UHGV virus genome: UHGV-0018629
Source: a virus
DNA: 64,000 nt
Strand: one strand, 5' to 3'
Part shown: positions 28,650 to 47,407 of the stretch, piece after piece
Layout: every line of letters starts with the position of its first letter
Position numbering within the stretch: position 1 is the stretch's first letter
Made by a program: the position numbers and the translations under genes
Notes under the pieces: model-generated
The model's database searches: none
What the model saw: the letters and a program-made list of their open reading frames with translations, nothing else
Told to the model about the DNA's origin: nothing

Positions 28650-29646
28650 TTCAAGTGTTATCTATCGTGCGATAGTTACTTCAAAATTTAGAACAGAAAA
28701 AATGTTGAATTTTTATAATTCAATTGGAAGTGGTCCGGATAAAAACACTATCTTTATCACATTTGGAAGATCAGAACCGTGGTCATCAAATGAAAATGAG
28801 GTGGGCTTTGCTCCACCTTATCCAACTGATTCTGTATTGGGTGTAACTGACATGTGGACTCATATGATGGGAACTGTAAAGGTTCTTCCATCTATGCTTG
28901 ATGCAGTTATTCCTCGTAGAGATTGGGGAGATACTAGATATCCGGATCCATACACATTTAGAATTAACGATATTGTAGTGTGTAACTCAGCTCCTTACAA
29001 TGCTACTGAATCAGGCGCAGGCTGGTTAGTATATCGTTGTTTAGATGTTCCTGATACCGGAACGTGTTCAATAGCATCTTTAACTAATAAGGATGAATGT
29101 CTTAAGTTAGGTGGAAAATGGACTCCTTCTGTTAGGTCAATGACTCCTCCTGAAGGTCGAGGAGACGCTGAAGGAACAATCGAACCCGGCGACGGTTATG
29201 TTTGGGAATATCTTTTTGAGATTCCGCCTGATGTATCTATAAATAGATGCACGAATGAATATATCGTAGTTCCTTGGCCTGAGGAATTAAAAGAAGACCC
29301 GGCTAGATGGGGGTATGAAGATAATCTCACTTGGCAACAAGATGATTTTGGATTAATTTACCGTGTTAAGGCAAATACTATCCGTTTTAAAGCATATTTA
29401 GATTCAGTTTACTTTCCTGATGCTGCATTACCAGGAAATAAAGGATTTAGACAAATATCAATAATCACCAATCCTCTTGAAGCTAAAGTTCATCCAAATG
29501 ACCCAAACGTTAAAGCTGAAAAGGATTATTATGATCCGGAAGATTTAATGAGGCATTCGGGCGAAATGATTTATATGGAAAATAGGCCACCTATTATCAT
29601 GGCAATGGATCAAACAGAAGAAATCAATATTCTGTTTACATTTTAA
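28642..29646 (+). CDS. 8: Baseplate wedge protein gp8
   Basis: 334 aa, synteny. Confidence 0.9.
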   Translation: MNDSSVIYRAIVTSKFRTEKMLNFYNSIGSGPDKNTIFITFGRSEPWSSNENEVGFAPPYPTDSVLGVTDMWTHMMGTVKVLPSMLDAVIPRRDWGDTRYPDPYTFRINDIVVCNSAPYNATESGAGWLVYRCLDVPDTGTCSIASLTNKDECLKLGGKWTPSVRSMTPPEGRGDAEGTIEPGDGYVWEYLFEIPPDVSINRCTNEYIVVPWPEELKEDPARWGYEDNLTWQQDDFGLIYRVKANTIRFKAYLDSVYFPDAALPGNKGFRQISIITNPLEAKVHPNDPNVKAEKDYYDPEDLMRHSGEMIYMENRPPIIMAMDQTEEINILFTF

Positions 29647-29650
29647 ATTA

Positions 29651-29676
29651 AGGGAGCCCATGGGCTCCCTTTTTCT
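29651..29676 (+). terminator. Intrinsic terminator after gene 8 (gggagccca/tgggctccc + TTTTT)
   Basis: Perfect 9-bp stem followed by T-run. Confidence 0.7.
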
Positions 29677-29677
29677 T

Positions 29678-29685
29678 TATAAATA
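29678..29685 (+). promoter_or_regulatory. Late promoter TATAAATA for gene 9
   Basis: tataaata 25 nt upstream of gene 9 ATG; shares 15-bp block ataaatactataaact with the gene 15 promoter region. Confidence 0.65.
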
Positions 29686-29709
29686 CTATAAACTCATAAG
29701 GAAACCGCT

Positions 29710-30576
29710 ATGTTCATTCAAGAACCAAAGAAATTGATTGATACCGGCGAAATTGGTAACGCTTCTACTGGTGATATCTTATTCGACGGTGGTAATAAAA
29801 TTAATAGTGATTTTAACGCAATTTATAATGCGTTTGGCGATCAGCGTAAAATGGCAGTAGCAAATGGCACTGGAGCAGATGGCCAAATTATTCATGCTAC
29901 TGGATATTATCAAAAACACTCTATTGCAGAGTATGCAACTCCAGTAAAAGTTGGTACTAGACATGATATTGATACATCTACCGTAGGCGTAAAAGTTATT
30001 ATTGAAAGAGGAGAACTCGGCGATTGTGTTGAATTCATTAACTCTAACGGATCAATATCAGTTACTAATCCTTTAACAATTCAGGCCATTGATTCAATTA
30101 AAGGTGTTTCAGGTAATTTAGTAGTAACTAGTCCATATAGTAAAGTTACTTTACGTTGTATTTCATCTGATAATTCAACTTCAGTTTGGAATTATTCTAT
30201 TGAAAGCATGTTTGGTCAAAAGGAATCACCTGCTGAAGGTACATGGAATATTTCTACATCTGGATCAGTTGACATTCCACTATTTCATCGCACTGAATAT
30301 AACATGGCTAAATTGCTAGTTACGTGCCAATCAGTAGATGGAAGAAAAATTAAAACAGCAGAAATAAATATTCTTGTGGATACTGTTAATTCAGAAGTTA
30401 TTTCTTCTGAGTATGCTGTCATGAGAGTTGGAAATGAAACAGAAGAAGACGAAATCGCCAATATTGCATTTAGTATTAAAACAAACTATGTAACGGCGAC
30501 TATAAGTTCTTCTACCGTTGGCATGAGAGCAGCAGTTAAAGTTATCGCTACGCAGAAAATCGGGGTGGCTCAATAA
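29710..30576 (+). CDS. 9: Baseplate protein gp9 (long tail fibre socket)
   Basis: 288 aa, synteny. Confidence 0.9.
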   Translation: MFIQEPKKLIDTGEIGNASTGDILFDGGNKINSDFNAIYNAFGDQRKMAVANGTGADGQIIHATGYYQKHSIAEYATPVKVGTRHDIDTSTVGVKVIIERGELGDCVEFINSNGSISVTNPLTIQAIDSIKGVSGNLVVTSPYSKVTLRCISSDNSTSVWNYSIESMFGQKESPAEGTWNISTSGSVDIPLFHRTEYNMAKLLVTCQSVDGRKIKTAEINILVDTVNSEVISSEYAVMRVGNETEEDEIANIAFSIKTNYVTATISSSTVGMRAAVKVIATQKIGVAQ

Positions 30577-32381
30577 TGAAACAAAATATTAATATCGGTA
30601 ATGTTGTAGATGATGGTACCGGTGACTACCTGCGTAAAGGTGGTATAAAAATAAATGAAAACTTTGATGAGCTTTATTATGAACTCGGTGATGGTAATGT
30701 TCCATATTCAGCTGGTGCCTGGAAAACTTATAATGCTTCATCAGGACAAACACTAACAGCAGAATGGGGAAAATCATATGCCATTAACACTTCATCTGGA
30801 AGAGTAACTCTACAACTTCCTAAAGGAACCGTTAATGATTATAATAAAGTAATTAAAGCTAGGGATGTATTTGCAACATGGAATGTTAATCCAGTTACTC
30901 TAGTAGCCGCTTCTGGTGATACTATCAAAGGATCATCGTCATCGGTTGAAATTAACGTTCAGTTTAGTGATTTAGAGCTAGTTTATTGCGCTCCGGGTCG
31001 TTGGGAATATGTCAAAAATAAGCAAATTGACAAAATTATTAGTTCAGACATTAGCAATGTAGCTCGTAAAGAATTTTTAGTCGAAGTTCAAGGGCAAACA
31101 GATTTTTTAGATATTTTCCGTGGAACTAGTTATAATGTTAATAACATCAGAGTAAAACATCGCGGTAATGAATTATATTACGGCGACGTTTTTAGTGAAA
31201 ACAGTGACTTTGGCTCTCCAGGAGAAAATGAAGGAGAATTGGTTCCTCTTGATGGATTTAATATTAGATTAAGACAGCCTTGTAATGTTGGTGATACTGT
31301 TCAAATTGAAACATTTATGGACGGTGTATCGCAGTGGAGAAGTTCATACACAAGACGTCAAATAAAAGTATTAGATTCAAAATTAACGTCAAAAACTTCT
31401 TTGGAAGGAAGTATTTACGTTACTGATTTATCAGCAATGAAATCAATTCCATTCTCTGCATTTGGATTAATTCCAGGAGAACCTATTAATCCTAATTCTC
31501 TTGAAGTTCGTTTTAATGGAATTTTACAACAACAAGCTGGAACAGCCGGATATCCTCTGTTTTTATGCGAAGGCGCTAATTCAGATACACAAGAAGGATG
31601 TATATCTCTTGGTGGTGAGTGGAAAGAATCAAACACAGATTATTCCATAGAATATGAAGATGGAAAACCGGTCAGTCTTTTATTTGATAGAAAATTTGAA
31701 TCAGGTGATATAATCGTTATAACATGGTTCAATAACGATTTAGGAACTCTTTTAGAAAAAGATGACATTATTGAATTAACCGATGAACGCTATGTTAGCA
31801 AAGGATCATCTACTGAAGTTACTGGTGATGTAGCCTTAACTGATTTTGATAAAATCGGTTGGCCAAATGTTGAAAAAGTTGATTCTTATACTAGAACATA
31901 TAATTCAATATCATCTATTTTCGACAGCATTTATCCTGTTGGTTCAATTTATGAAAATGCTATAAACCCAAATAATCCAGTAACTTATATGGGATTTGGT
32001 TCATGGAAATTATTTGGTAAAGGACAAGTTTTAGTAGGATGGAATGATGATGTTACGGATCCAAACTTTGCATTAAACAACAATGATTTAGATTCTAGCG
32101 GAAATCCTTCGCATACTGCTGGTGGAACAGTTGGAACAACATCGGTGACACTTGAGAATGCAAATCTTCCTGCAACTAAAACCGACGAAAGAGTTTTAAT
32201 TGAAGACGAAAATGGATCAGTTATTATTGGAGGTTGCCAATATGACCCAGACGAAACTGGTCCTATATATACAAAATATCGTGAAGACTACGCAACAACA
32301 AACTCTTCACATACTCCTCCTGCTAATATTAGTAATATTCAACCGTCTATTACTGTATACCGTTGGATAAGGATTGCATAA
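30576..32381 (+). CDS. 10: Baseplate protein gp10
   Basis: 601 aa, synteny. Confidence 0.9.
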   Translation: MKQNINIGNVVDDGTGDYLRKGGIKINENFDELYYELGDGNVPYSAGAWKTYNASSGQTLTAEWGKSYAINTSSGRVTLQLPKGTVNDYNKVIKARDVFATWNVNPVTLVAASGDTIKGSSSSVEINVQFSDLELVYCAPGRWEYVKNKQIDKIISSDISNVARKEFLVEVQGQTDFLDIFRGTSYNVNNIRVKHRGNELYYGDVFSENSDFGSPGENEGELVPLDGFNIRLRQPCNVGDTVQIETFMDGVSQWRSSYTRRQIKVLDSKLTSKTSLEGSIYVTDLSAMKSIPFSAFGLIPGEPINPNSLEVRFNGILQQQAGTAGYPLFLCEGANSDTQEGCISLGGEWKESNTDYSIEYEDGKPVSLLFDRKFESGDIIVITWFNNDLGTLLEKDDIIELTDERYVSKGSSTEVTGDVALTDFDKIGWPNVEKVDSYTRTYNSISSIFDSIYPVGSIYENAINPNNPVTYMGFGSWKLFGKGQVLVGWNDDVTDPNFALNNNDLDSSGNPSHTAGGTVGTTSVTLENANLPATKTDERVLIEDENGSVIIGGCQYDPDETGPIYTKYREDYATTNSSHTPPANISNIQPSITVYRWIRIA

Positions 32382-33040
32382 TGAGTTTACTTAATAATAA
32401 AGCGGGAGTTATTTCCCGCTTAGCAGATTTTCTTGGTTTTAGAACTAAGAAAAATGATATTTCTGTTATGAATAATCAGCCGGTAGGCGCTGTAACAATT
32501 TCACAAATAGCAAAAGGGTTTTATGACCCAAATGTAGAATCTGCTATCAACGATGTTAGAAATATGGCAGAGCAACAGGTTGGAGCTGTATTAATTAATA
32601 TAAGCGGCGTATCTCCTACTGGAGTACAACAAACAGACTATTGGTCATTTGAAGGAACTGTTACTGACACTTCAGTCAAACCAGGTGACCCAGTTATTGT
32701 TAACATGTTTGGTATTCCAGTTAAAGCTACTAACGGAATGACTTCAATTGAATTTACCAGCGCCGTTAGAATAGCTCTACAGGAAATGGTTGCAAAATTT
32801 ATTGCAATTGATTCATTTGAAGACCATCCTACCATAGGAAATAAAATACAAGTTAAGTATTTAGATAACCAAGAACATATCTTAGAACAATACTCTGATA
32901 AAGGAATTACTTTCAAACAAGAAATAATTTCTCCTTCTAAACCTGGGTATGGAACTTGGCAATTATTAGGTGCGCAAACTGTTACGCTAGATAGTCACAC
33001 ACAACCCACAGTATTTTATTATTTTGAGAGAATAGCATGA
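32381..33040 (+). CDS. 11: Baseplate protein gp11 (short tail fibre attachment)
   Basis: 219 aa from Met MSLLNNKAG; track ORF extends 6 codons upstream. Confidence 0.85.
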   Translation: MSLLNNKAGVISRLADFLGFRTKKNDISVMNNQPVGAVTISQIAKGFYDPNVESAINDVRNMAEQQVGAVLINISGVSPTGVQQTDYWSFEGTVTDTSVKPGDPVIVNMFGIPVKATNGMTSIEFTSAVRIALQEMVAKFIAIDSFEDHPTIGNKIQVKYLDNQEHILEQYSDKGITFKQEIISPSKPGYGTWQLLGAQTVTLDSHTQPTVFYYFERIA

Positions 33041-34587
33041 GTAACAATACATATCAGCACGTATCAAATGAATCAAAATATGTTAAATTCGATCCAATTG
33101 GATCGAATTTTCCTGACACCGTCACTACGGTGCAGTCAGCATTATCAAAAATAAGTAATATCGGAGTAAATGGTATTCCTGACGCAACTATGGAAGTTAA
33201 AGGAATAGCAATGATTGCATCGGAGCAAGAGGTTTTAGATGGAACTAATAATTCTAAAATCGTTACACCCGCTACATTAGCAACAAGATTATTGTATCCA
33301 AATGCTACTGAAACTAAATATGGTTTAACGCGCTATTCAACAAATGAAGAAACTTTAGAAGGCTCAGATAATAATTCGTCAATAACTCCACAAAAATTGA
33401 AATACCATACTGACGATGTATTCCAAAACAGGTATTCATCTGAATCATCAAATGGAGTTATTAAAATATCATCTACGCCTGCGGCTTTGGCTGGAGTTGA
33501 TGATACTACGGCGATGACTCCGTTGAAAACCCAAAAACTCGCAATAAAATTAATTTCGCAAATAGCTCCTTCAGAAGACACAGCATCAGAATCTGTTAGA
33601 GGTGTAGTTCAGTTATCAACTGTCGCTCAAACTCGCCAAGGAACTCTTCGCGAAGGATATGCAATTTCACCGTATACCTTTATGAATTCTGTTGCAACAC
33701 AAGAATATAAGGGCGTTATACGTTTAGGAACGCAATCGGAAATTAACAGTAATTTGGGAGATGTTGCAGTAACAGGCGAAACACTAAATGGTCGAGGAGC
33801 TACTGGTTCTATGCGTGGTGTGGTAAAATTAACGACGCAAGCCGGTATTGCCCCCGAGGGTGATAGCTCTGGAGCATTAGCATGGAATGCAGATGTAATT
33901 AATACACGCGGTGGACAAACTATTAATGGTTCTTTAAATTTAGACCATCTTACAGCAAATGGAATTTGGTCGCGCGGCGGTATGTGGAAAAATGGTGATC
34001 AACCAGTTTCAACAGAACGTTACGCATCAGAAAGGGTTCCAGTTGGAACTATTATGATGTTTGCTGGAGATTCAGCTCCTCCTGGTTGGATTATGTGTCA
34101 TGGTGGAACCGTGTCAGGAGATCAATATCCTGATTATAGAAACACAGTTGGAACGAGATTTGGTGGTGATTGGAATAACCCCGGTATTCCTGATATGCGA
34201 GGTCTTTTCGTCAGAGGAGCTGGCACAGGAGGTCATATTTTAAATCAACGAGGACAAGATGGTTACGGGAAGGATAGACTTGGTGTAGGATGTGACGGAA
34301 TGCATGTTGGCGGTGTTCAAGCACAACAAATGTCATACCATAAACATGCTGGTGGTTGGGGAGAATACCAAAGACATGAAGCTCCATTTGGCGCGTCCGT
34401 TTATCAAGGATATCTTGGAACTAGAAAATATGCCGACTGGGATAATGCTTCATACTTCACTAATGATGGATTTGAATTAGGTGGACCGAGAGATGCCCTT
34501 GGTACGCTTAATCGTGAAGGATTAATTGGTTATGAAACTAGACCATGGAATATATCATTAAACTATATTATTAAAATTCATTACTAA
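33037..34587 (+). CDS. 12: Short tail fibre gp12
   Basis: 516 aa, synteny between 11 and wac. Confidence 0.85.
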   Translation: MSNNTYQHVSNESKYVKFDPIGSNFPDTVTTVQSALSKISNIGVNGIPDATMEVKGIAMIASEQEVLDGTNNSKIVTPATLATRLLYPNATETKYGLTRYSTNEETLEGSDNNSSITPQKLKYHTDDVFQNRYSSESSNGVIKISSTPAALAGVDDTTAMTPLKTQKLAIKLISQIAPSEDTASESVRGVVQLSTVAQTRQGTLREGYAISPYTFMNSVATQEYKGVIRLGTQSEINSNLGDVAVTGETLNGRGATGSMRGVVKLTTQAGIAPEGDSSGALAWNADVINTRGGQTINGSLNLDHLTANGIWSRGGMWKNGDQPVSTERYASERVPVGTIMMFAGDSAPPGWIMCHGGTVSGDQYPDYRNTVGTRFGGDWNNPGIPDMRGLFVRGAGTGGHILNQRGQDGYGKDRLGVGCDGMHVGGVQAQQMSYHKHAGGWGEYQRHEAPFGASVYQGYLGTRKYADWDNASYFTNDGFELGGPRDALGTLNREGLIGYETRPWNISLNYIIKIHY

Positions 34588-34596
34588 GGATTACAA

Positions 34597-36054
34597 ATGA
34601 TTGAATTAAAAGAGTTACCTTTTGTTGATAGCGTTCCTGGCGAAGGTCAGGAACGTATTTCATGGATTAAAAATGGTGAAGAAATACTAGGAGCTAGTAC
34701 TAAGTATGGAAACGATGGATCAATGAATAGACCAACTGTTTCCGTGTTTAAAAATGTTGAGGTTCTTGATGAAAATATAGGAATTCTTAAAACTGCCGTT
34801 GAAACATCACAGGAAGATATTAAAACAATTCAAGGCATTTTGGATGTATCTGGAGATATCGAAGCACTATCACAGATTAGCGTTAATAAAAATGACATAT
34901 CAAATTTAAAGACGCTTACGAATGAACACACTGATATATTAAATGGTACAAATACTACGGTTGACAGTATTCTTTCTGATATTGGTCCATTTAATTCGCA
35001 AGCAAATTCAGTTTATAGAACAGTTCGAAATGATTTGTTATGGATTAAAAGGGAATTAGGACAATATGCTGGACAAGATATTAATGGTCTTCCTGTTGTA
35101 GGAAATACTAGTACTGGAATGAAACATCGTATTATTAATAATACTGATGCTATAACTTCTCAAGGAATACGTTTAAGCGATTTAGAAGAAAAATTTATTG
35201 AATCTGATGTAGGTTCGCTTACAATAGAAGTAGGAAATCTTAGACAGGAATTAGGGCAAAGACCGCCTTCATTTAGTGAAAGCATATATTCACGCGTATA
35301 TAATTTAGATCAAGCGCAAATTGATCTAAATTCTGAAATTAAATTTATAAAAACTTCTATTGGATATCCAGGAAATACTTCAATAATCACAGATGTCAAT
35401 GTCAATAGTCAAGAAATTTCAGCTTTAAATGATGAACTAAATAAAAGTGGCGGCGTTAAACAACGATTAACTGTTATTGAAACATCGATTGGTTCAGATG
35501 ATATTCCTTCTAGTATTAAAGGTCAAATTAAAGATAATACCACTTCTATTGAATCTTTAAATGGAATTGTAGGTGAAAACACCTCGTCTGGTTTAAGAGC
35601 CAATGTTTCATGGCTAAATCAGATAGTTGGAACTAATTCTAGCGGAGGCCAACCTTCTCCTCCGGGGTCTCTTTTAAATAGAGTTTCAACTGTTGAAACC
35701 TCTGTTAATAGACTTAACAATGATGTTCAAAACTTGCAAGTTGAAATTGGTAATAACAATTCCGGAATTAAAGGACAGGTTGTAACATTAAATAAATTAG
35801 TAAATGGAACAAATCCAAATGGTTCAACTGTCGAAGAACGTGGATTAACTAATTCAATAAAAGCTAATGAAACTAACATTTCTTCTATTAATCAAGAAAT
35901 GCGTAGTATTAAAAGTAATGTATCTTCATTACAGGCGGATGTTCAGACTTTACAGGAAGCAGGTTATATTCCTGAAGCTCCAAAAGATGGTCAAGCTTAC
36001 GTTCGTAAAGACGGCGAATGGGTATTACTTTCTACCTTTTTATCACCAGCATAA
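34597..36054 (+). CDS. wac: Fibritin (whisker) with C-terminal foldon
   Basis: 485 aa coiled coil; C-terminus [27 protein letters not shown] is the foldon with one R-to-K difference from T4. Confidence 0.95.
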   Translation: MIELKELPFVDSVPGEGQERISWIKNGEEILGASTKYGNDGSMNRPTVSVFKNVEVLDENIGILKTAVETSQEDIKTIQGILDVSGDIEALSQISVNKNDISNLKTLTNEHTDILNGTNTTVDSILSDIGPFNSQANSVYRTVRNDLLWIKRELGQYAGQDINGLPVVGNTSTGMKHRIINNTDAITSQGIRLSDLEEKFIESDVGSLTIEVGNLRQELGQRPPSFSESIYSRVYNLDQAQIDLNSEIKFIKTSIGYPGNTSIITDVNVNSQEISALNDELNKSGGVKQRLTVIETSIGSDDIPSSIKGQIKDNTTSIESLNGIVGENTSSGLRANVSWLNQIVGTNSSGGQPSPPGSLLNRVSTVETSVNRLNNDVQNLQVEIGNNNSGIKGQVVTLNKLVNGTNPNGSTVEERGLTNSIKANETNISSINQEMRSIKSNVSSLQADVQTLQEAGYIPEAPKDGQAYVRKDGEWVLLSTFLSPA

Positions 36055-36057
36055 CAT

Positions 36058-36085
36058 GGGGCCGCAAGGCCCCAAAGGATTTTTA
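36058..36085 (+). terminator. GNRA-tetraloop hairpin ggggcc-gcaa-ggcccc after wac, T-run a few nt downstream
   Basis: Seen in sequence; T-run not immediately adjacent. Confidence 0.45.
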
Positions 36086-36086
36086 A

Positions 36087-37788
<1,702 letters not shown>

Positions 37789-37829
37789 TAAATACTATAA
37801 ACTAATTAAAGCCCAGATTAGGAGAAATC

Positions 37830-40964
<3,135 letters not shown>

Positions 40965-40967
<3 letters not shown>

Positions 40968-40972
40968 ATATA
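40965..40972 (+). promoter_or_regulatory. Late promoter TATAAATA for gene 18
   Basis: tataaata about 27 nt upstream of gene 18 ATG. Confidence 0.6.
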
Positions 40973-40998
40973 TTAAAGCATATTAAAGAGGATTAAAA

Positions 40999-42978
40999 AT
41001 GACTTTATTATCTCCGGGCATTGAGCTCAAAGAAACTACGGTTCAAAGCACCGTGGTTAATAACTCTACTGGTACAGCAGCTTTGGCCGGTAAATTCCAG
41101 TGGGGTCCTGCTTTTCAAATTAAACAGGTTACAAACGAAGTAGATTTAGTTAATACTTTTGGTCAGCCTACAGCTGAAACAGCTGACTACTTTATGTCTG
41201 CGATGAATTTCTTGCAGTACGGAAATGATTTACGAGTAGTTCGTGCTGTTGATAGAGATACCGCTAAAAACTCATCACCAATTGCTGGTAATATTGAATA
41301 CACAATTTCTACCCCAGGTAGTAACTACGCAGTTGGAGATAAAATCACGGTCAAATATGTTTCAGAAGATGTTGAAACAGAAGGTAAAATTACCGAAGTA
41401 GATGCTGATGGAAAAATTAAGAAAATTAATATTCCTACCGCAAAAATTATTGCTAAAGCTAAAGAAGTTGGCGAATACCCAACATTAGGTTCTAACTGGA
41501 CCGCAGAAATTTCTTCATCTTCTTCCGGTTTAGCTGCAGTAATAACTCTCGGAAAAATTATTACTGATTCCGGTATTTTATTAGCTGAAATCGAGAGCGC
41601 TGAAACTGCTATGACAGCAGTTGATTTTCAGGCAAATCTTGAAAAATATGGAATTCCAGGAGTAGTAGCTCTCTATCCAGGCGAGTTAGGCGATAAAATT
41701 GAAATTGAAATCGTATCTAAAGCTGACTACGCGAAAGGCGCTTCTGCATTACTGCCAATTTATCCAGGTGGTGGTACTCGTGCATCTACTGCCAAAGCGG
41801 TGTTTGGATATGGACCACAAACTGATTCACAATACGCTATTATAGTTCGTCGCAATGATGCTATTGTTCAAAGCGTTGTTCTTTCAACTAAGCGTGGTGA
41901 AAAAGATATTTACGATAGTAACATCTATATTGATGACTTTTTCGCAAAAGGTGGTTCAGAATATATTTTTGCAACTGCACAAAACTGGCCAGAAGGCTTC
42001 TCTGGAATTTTAACTTTGTCTGGTGGATTATCATCAAATGCTGAAGTAACAGCAGGAGATCTGATGGAAGCTTGGGACTTCTTTGCTGACCGTGAATCTG
42101 TTGATGTTCAGTTGTTTATTGCGGGTTCTTGTGCCGGTGAATCTCTTGAAACAGCATCTACTGTCCAAAAACACGTCGTTTCAATTGGTGATGCTCGTCA
42201 GGATTGCTTAGTATTGTGCTCACCACCGCGTGAAACTGTAGTTGGAATTCCTGTAACTCGTGCTGTTGATAACTTAGTCAACTGGAGAACTGCCGCAGGT
42301 TCATATACTGATAATAACTTTAATATTAGTTCAACCTATGCAGCAATTGATGGTAACTACAAATATCAGTATGACAAATATAATGATGTAAATCGTTGGG
42401 TTCCATTAGCAGCTGATATTGCTGGTTTATGCGCGAGAACAGATAACGTTTCTCAGACTTGGATGTCTCCAGCTGGTTATAATCGTGGTCAAATTCTGAA
42501 CGTCATTAAATTGGCTATTGAAACTCGCCAGGCCCAACGTGACCGCTTATATCAAGAAGCTATCAACCCAGTAACTGGTACAGGTGGTGATGGTTACGTA
42601 TTGTATGGCGATAAAACAGCTACTTCTGTTCCTTCTCCATTTGATCGTATTAACGTTCGTCGTCTGTTTAATATGTTGAAAACGAATATCGGGCGTAGTT
42701 CAAAATATCGTTTGTTCGAATTAAACAACGCGTTTACTCGTTCTTCATTCCGTACAGAAACTGCTCAGTACTTGCAGGGAATTAAAGCTCTTGGCGGAAT
42801 TTATGAATATCGTGTAGTTTGCGATACAACAAATAATACTCCGTCAGTAATTGATAGAAATGAGTTTGTTGCAACATTCTACATCCAACCGGCTAGATCG
42901 ATAAATTATATCCAGCTTAACTTCGTTGCGACTGCTACTGGTGCAGATTTCGATGAGTTAACTGGTCTTGCTGGTTAA
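40999..42978 (+). CDS. 18: Tail sheath protein gp18
   Basis: 659 aa, synteny. Confidence 0.95.
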   Translation: MTLLSPGIELKETTVQSTVVNNSTGTAALAGKFQWGPAFQIKQVTNEVDLVNTFGQPTAETADYFMSAMNFLQYGNDLRVVRAVDRDTAKNSSPIAGNIEYTISTPGSNYAVGDKITVKYVSEDVETEGKITEVDADGKIKKINIPTAKIIAKAKEVGEYPTLGSNWTAEISSSSSGLAAVITLGKIITDSGILLAEIESAETAMTAVDFQANLEKYGIPGVVALYPGELGDKIEIEIVSKADYAKGASALLPIYPGGGTRASTAKAVFGYGPQTDSQYAIIVRRNDAIVQSVVLSTKRGEKDIYDSNIYIDDFFAKGGSEYIFATAQNWPEGFSGILTLSGGLSSNAEVTAGDLMEAWDFFADRESVDVQLFIAGSCAGESLETASTVQKHVVSIGDARQDCLVLCSPPRETVVGIPVTRAVDNLVNWRTAAGSYTDNNFNISSTYAAIDGNYKYQYDKYNDVNRWVPLAADIAGLCARTDNVSQTWMSPAGYNRGQILNVIKLAIETRQAQRDRLYQEAINPVTGTGGDGYVLYGDKTATSVPSPFDRINVRRLFNMLKTNIGRSSKYRLFELNNAFTRSSFRTETAQYLQGIKALGGIYEYRVVCDTTNNTPSVIDRNEFVATFYIQPARSINYIQLNFVATATGADFDELTGLAG

Positions 42979-42994
42979 TACGGTGCATTCTAAA

Positions 42995-43012
42995 GGCCTG
43001 TTTCGACAGGCC
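42995..43012 (+). other. UUCG-tetraloop hairpin ggcctgt-ttcg-acaggcc after gene 18
   Basis: Perfect 7-bp stem, no T-run; immediately followed by a late promoter motif. Confidence 0.5.
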
Positions 43013-43013
43013 A

Positions 43014-43080
43014 TATAAATACACTATATCCTTAATTCTTTAATTCTATATGCCCTAGGTTAAACATAGGGATATAAATA
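43014..43080 (+). promoter_or_regulatory. Two late promoter motifs (TATAAATA at 43014..43021 and 43073..43080) upstream of gene 19
   Basis: Exact octamers on plus strand. Confidence 0.6.
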
Positions 43081-43094
43081 CTACAGAGGCTAAT

Positions 43095-43586
43095 ATGTTT
43101 GTAGATGATGTAACACGAGCGTTTGAATCTGGTGATTTTGCGCGACCTAACTTATTCCAAGTAGAGATTTCTTATCTTGGCCAAAATTTTACGTTCCAAT
43201 GTAAAGCTACTGCTTTACCAGCTGGTATTGTAGAAAAAATTCCAGTCGGATTTATGAACCGTAAAATTAATGTGGCAGGAGACCGTACATTCGATGACTG
43301 GACTGTTACAGTAATGAACGATGAGGCGCATGATGCTCGTCAGAAGTTTGTTGATTGGCAAAGCATTGCTGCTGGTCAAGGAAACGAAATTACTGGTGGA
43401 AAACCTGCAGAGTATAAAAAGAGCGCTGTTGTTCGTCAATATGCTCGTGACGCTAAAACAGTAACAAAAGAAATTGAAATTAAAGGTCTATGGCCTACTA
43501 ACGTGGGTGAACTTCAATTAGATTGGGATTCAAACAATGAAATCCAAACCTTTGAAGTAACCCTTGCTCTCGATTATTGGGAATAA
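43095..43586 (+). CDS. 19: Tail tube protein gp19
   Basis: 163 aa, synteny. Confidence 0.95.
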   Translation: MFVDDVTRAFESGDFARPNLFQVEISYLGQNFTFQCKATALPAGIVEKIPVGFMNRKINVAGDRTFDDWTVTVMNDEAHDARQKFVDWQSIAAGQGNEITGGKPAEYKKSAVVRQYARDAKTVTKEIEIKGLWPTNVGELQLDWDSNNEIQTFEVTLALDYWE

Positions 43587-43591
43587 AATGA

Positions 43592-45243
<1,652 letters not shown>

Positions 45244-45244
<1 letters not shown>

Positions 45245-45486
45245 TGGAAGGTTTAATTGAAGCTATTAAATCAAACGACCTCGTAGCCGCTCGTAAATTA
45301 TTTGCTGAAGCCATGGCTGCAAGAACGACTGATTTAATTAAAGAAGAAAAAATCACTATCGCTCGTAATTTCTTAATCGAAGGTGAAGAACCTGATGACG
45401 AGGATGAAGATGACGACGAAGATAGCGATGATGATAAAGACGACAAAAAAGACAAAGACTCTGACGAAGACGAGGATGATGAATAA
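45244..45486 (+). CDS. 67: Prohead core protein gp67 with acidic C-terminal tail
   Basis: 80 aa, [13 protein letters not shown] tail, position after 20. Confidence 0.85.
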
Positions 45487-45911
45487 TGATTCTAATCCCT
45501 GAAACTCATGAATTAGTTCTCGAGAATGTCGAAGCACTTATTCCTGAAGCACAGGGTCGCTTTGACGAGTTGTCTTCTGCTTTAAATAAAGACGATATAA
45601 ATACAATTATCGAGAATATGCTTGATGATGAAACCGATTTAGCGATTGCATTAGCTTCTATTAATGAAAATATGCCGTTAAATGAATTCATCGTTAAACA
45701 TGTTTCTGCCCGTGGTGAAATTACTCGCACTAAAGATCGCAAAACCCGCGAACGTAATGCATTTCAAACTACCGGGTTGTCTAAAGCAAAACGTAGACAA
45801 ATTGCTCGTAAAGCTACCAAAACGAAGATTGCCAATCCAGCAGGTCAATCTCGTGCTCAGCGTAAGCGTAAAAAAGCTCTCAAACGCCGTAAAGCATTAG
45901 GATTAAGCTAA
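45486..45911 (+). CDS. 68: Prohead core protein gp68
   Basis: 141 aa, basic C-terminus, synteny. Confidence 0.85.
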   Translation: MILIPETHELVLENVEALIPEAQGRFDELSSALNKDDINTIIENMLDDETDLAIALASINENMPLNEFIVKHVSARGEITRTKDRKTRERNAFQTTGLSKAKRRQIARKATKTKIANPAGQSRAQRKRKKALKRRKALGLS

Positions 45912-46549
45912 TGAATGAACCCCAATTGCTAATTGAAACTTGGGGTCAACCTGGCGAAATTATTGATGGTGTACCAATGCTTGAATCCCACGATGGGAAA
46001 GACTTAGGTTTAAAACCTGGTTTATACATCGAAGGAATATTCATGCAAGCAGAAGTCGTCAATAGAAATAAACGTCTTTATCCAAAACGTATATTAGAAA
46101 AAGCGGTAAAAGACTATATTAATGAGCAAGTTTTAACTAAACAAGCTCTCGGAGAATTAAATCATCCTCCACGCGCTAATGTTGACCCGATGCAAGCCGC
46201 TATCATTATAGAAGATATGTGGTGGAAAGGAAATGACGTATACGGACGAGCTCGTGTTATTGAAGGTGACCATGGTCCTGGAGATAAATTAGCAGCTAAT
46301 ATTCGTGCCGGATGGATTCCAGGAGTTTCTTCTCGTGGATTAGGTTCATTGACTGACACAAATAAAGGTTATCGTATCGTAAACGAAGGATTCAAATTAA
46401 CTGTAGGTGTTGATGCAGTATGGGGTCCAAGTGCTCCAGATGCATGGGTAACTCCTAAGGAAATTACCGAATCACAGACGGCGGAAGCCGATACAAGTGC
46501 CGATGACGCCTATATGGCTCTCGCAGAGGCCATGAAAAAAGCGTTATAA
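45911..46549 (+). CDS. 21: Prohead protease gp21
   Basis: 212 aa, synteny. Confidence 0.9.
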   Translation: MNEPQLLIETWGQPGEIIDGVPMLESHDGKDLGLKPGLYIEGIFMQAEVVNRNKRLYPKRILEKAVKDYINEQVLTKQALGELNHPPRANVDPMQAAIIIEDMWWKGNDVYGRARVIEGDHGPGDKLAANIRAGWIPGVSSRGLGSLTDTNKGYRIVNEGFKLTVGVDAVWGPSAPDAWVTPKEITESQTAEADTSADDAYMALAEAMKKAL

Positions 46550-46552
46550 ATA
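46545..46552 (+). promoter_or_regulatory. Late promoter TATAAATA for gene 22
   Basis: Exact octamer 28 nt upstream of gene 22 ATG. Confidence 0.6.
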
Positions 46553-46579
46553 TTATTATCTAAACAACAGGACTACAAA

Positions 46580-47389
46580 ATGCTTAAAGAACAACTGATT
46601 GCCGAAGCGCAGAAAATTGATGCTTCCGTTGCTCTTGATAGTATTTTCGAATCAGTTAATATTTCTCCGGAAGCAAAAGAAACTTTCGGCACTGTATTCG
46701 AAGCTACCGTCAAGCAGCACGCCGTTAAATTAGCTGAATCTCATATCGCTAAAATTGCTGAAAAAGCAGAAGAAGAAGTAGAAAAAAATAAAGAAGAAGC
46801 CGAAGAAAAAGCTGAGAAGAAAATCGCTGAGCAAGCTTCTAAATTCATCGACCATCTTGCGAAAGAATGGCTCGCTGAAAATAAATTAGCAGTTGATAAA
46901 GGCATCAAAGCCGAACTGTTTGAATCCATGCTTGGTGGATTGAAAGAGCTCTTCGTTGAACACAACGTTGTTGTTCCAGAAGAATCAGTTGATGTTGTAG
47001 CTGAAATGGAAGAAGAACTGCAAGAACACAAAGAAGAATCAGCTCGTCTGTTCGAAGAACTCAATAAGCGTGACGCATATATTAATTATGTGCAGCGTGA
47101 AGTGGCATTGAGCGAAAGTACTAAAGATCTGACTGAGTCTCAAAAAGAAAAAGTCTCTGCTCTGGTCGAAGGTATGGATTATTCAGATGAATTCTCAAGT
47201 AAATTGAGTGCCATCGTAGAAATGGTGAAGAAGTCTAATAAAGATGAAAGCACTATTACTGAGGGTATAAATACTCCTGATACTGAAGCAGCCGGACTGA
47301 ATTTCGTCACTGAAGCTGTAGAAGATAAATCTGCACAAGGTGCAGAAGATATTGTAAGTGTATATGCGAAAGTCGCATCTCGTTTCTAA
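46580..47389 (+). CDS. 22: Prohead scaffold core protein gp22
   Basis: 269 aa, Glu/Lys-rich coiled coil. Confidence 0.9.
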   Translation: MLKEQLIAEAQKIDASVALDSIFESVNISPEAKETFGTVFEATVKQHAVKLAESHIAKIAEKAEEEVEKNKEEAEEKAEKKIAEQASKFIDHLAKEWLAENKLAVDKGIKAELFESMLGGLKELFVEHNVVVPEESVDVVAEMEEELQEHKEESARLFEELNKRDAYINYVQREVALSESTKDLTESQKEKVSALVEGMDYSDEFSSKLSAIVEMVKKSNKDESTITEGINTPDTEAAGLNFVTEAVEDKSAQGAEDIVSVYAKVASRF

Positions 47390-47407
47390 TTTTAAAGGTT
47401 AACACAA

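Noticed and set aside
46741-47064. Minus-strand 107-aa Ser-rich ORF inside gene 22
   Set aside because: Antisense of a GAA/AAA-rich coding region in a densely packed late operon; low-complexity translation
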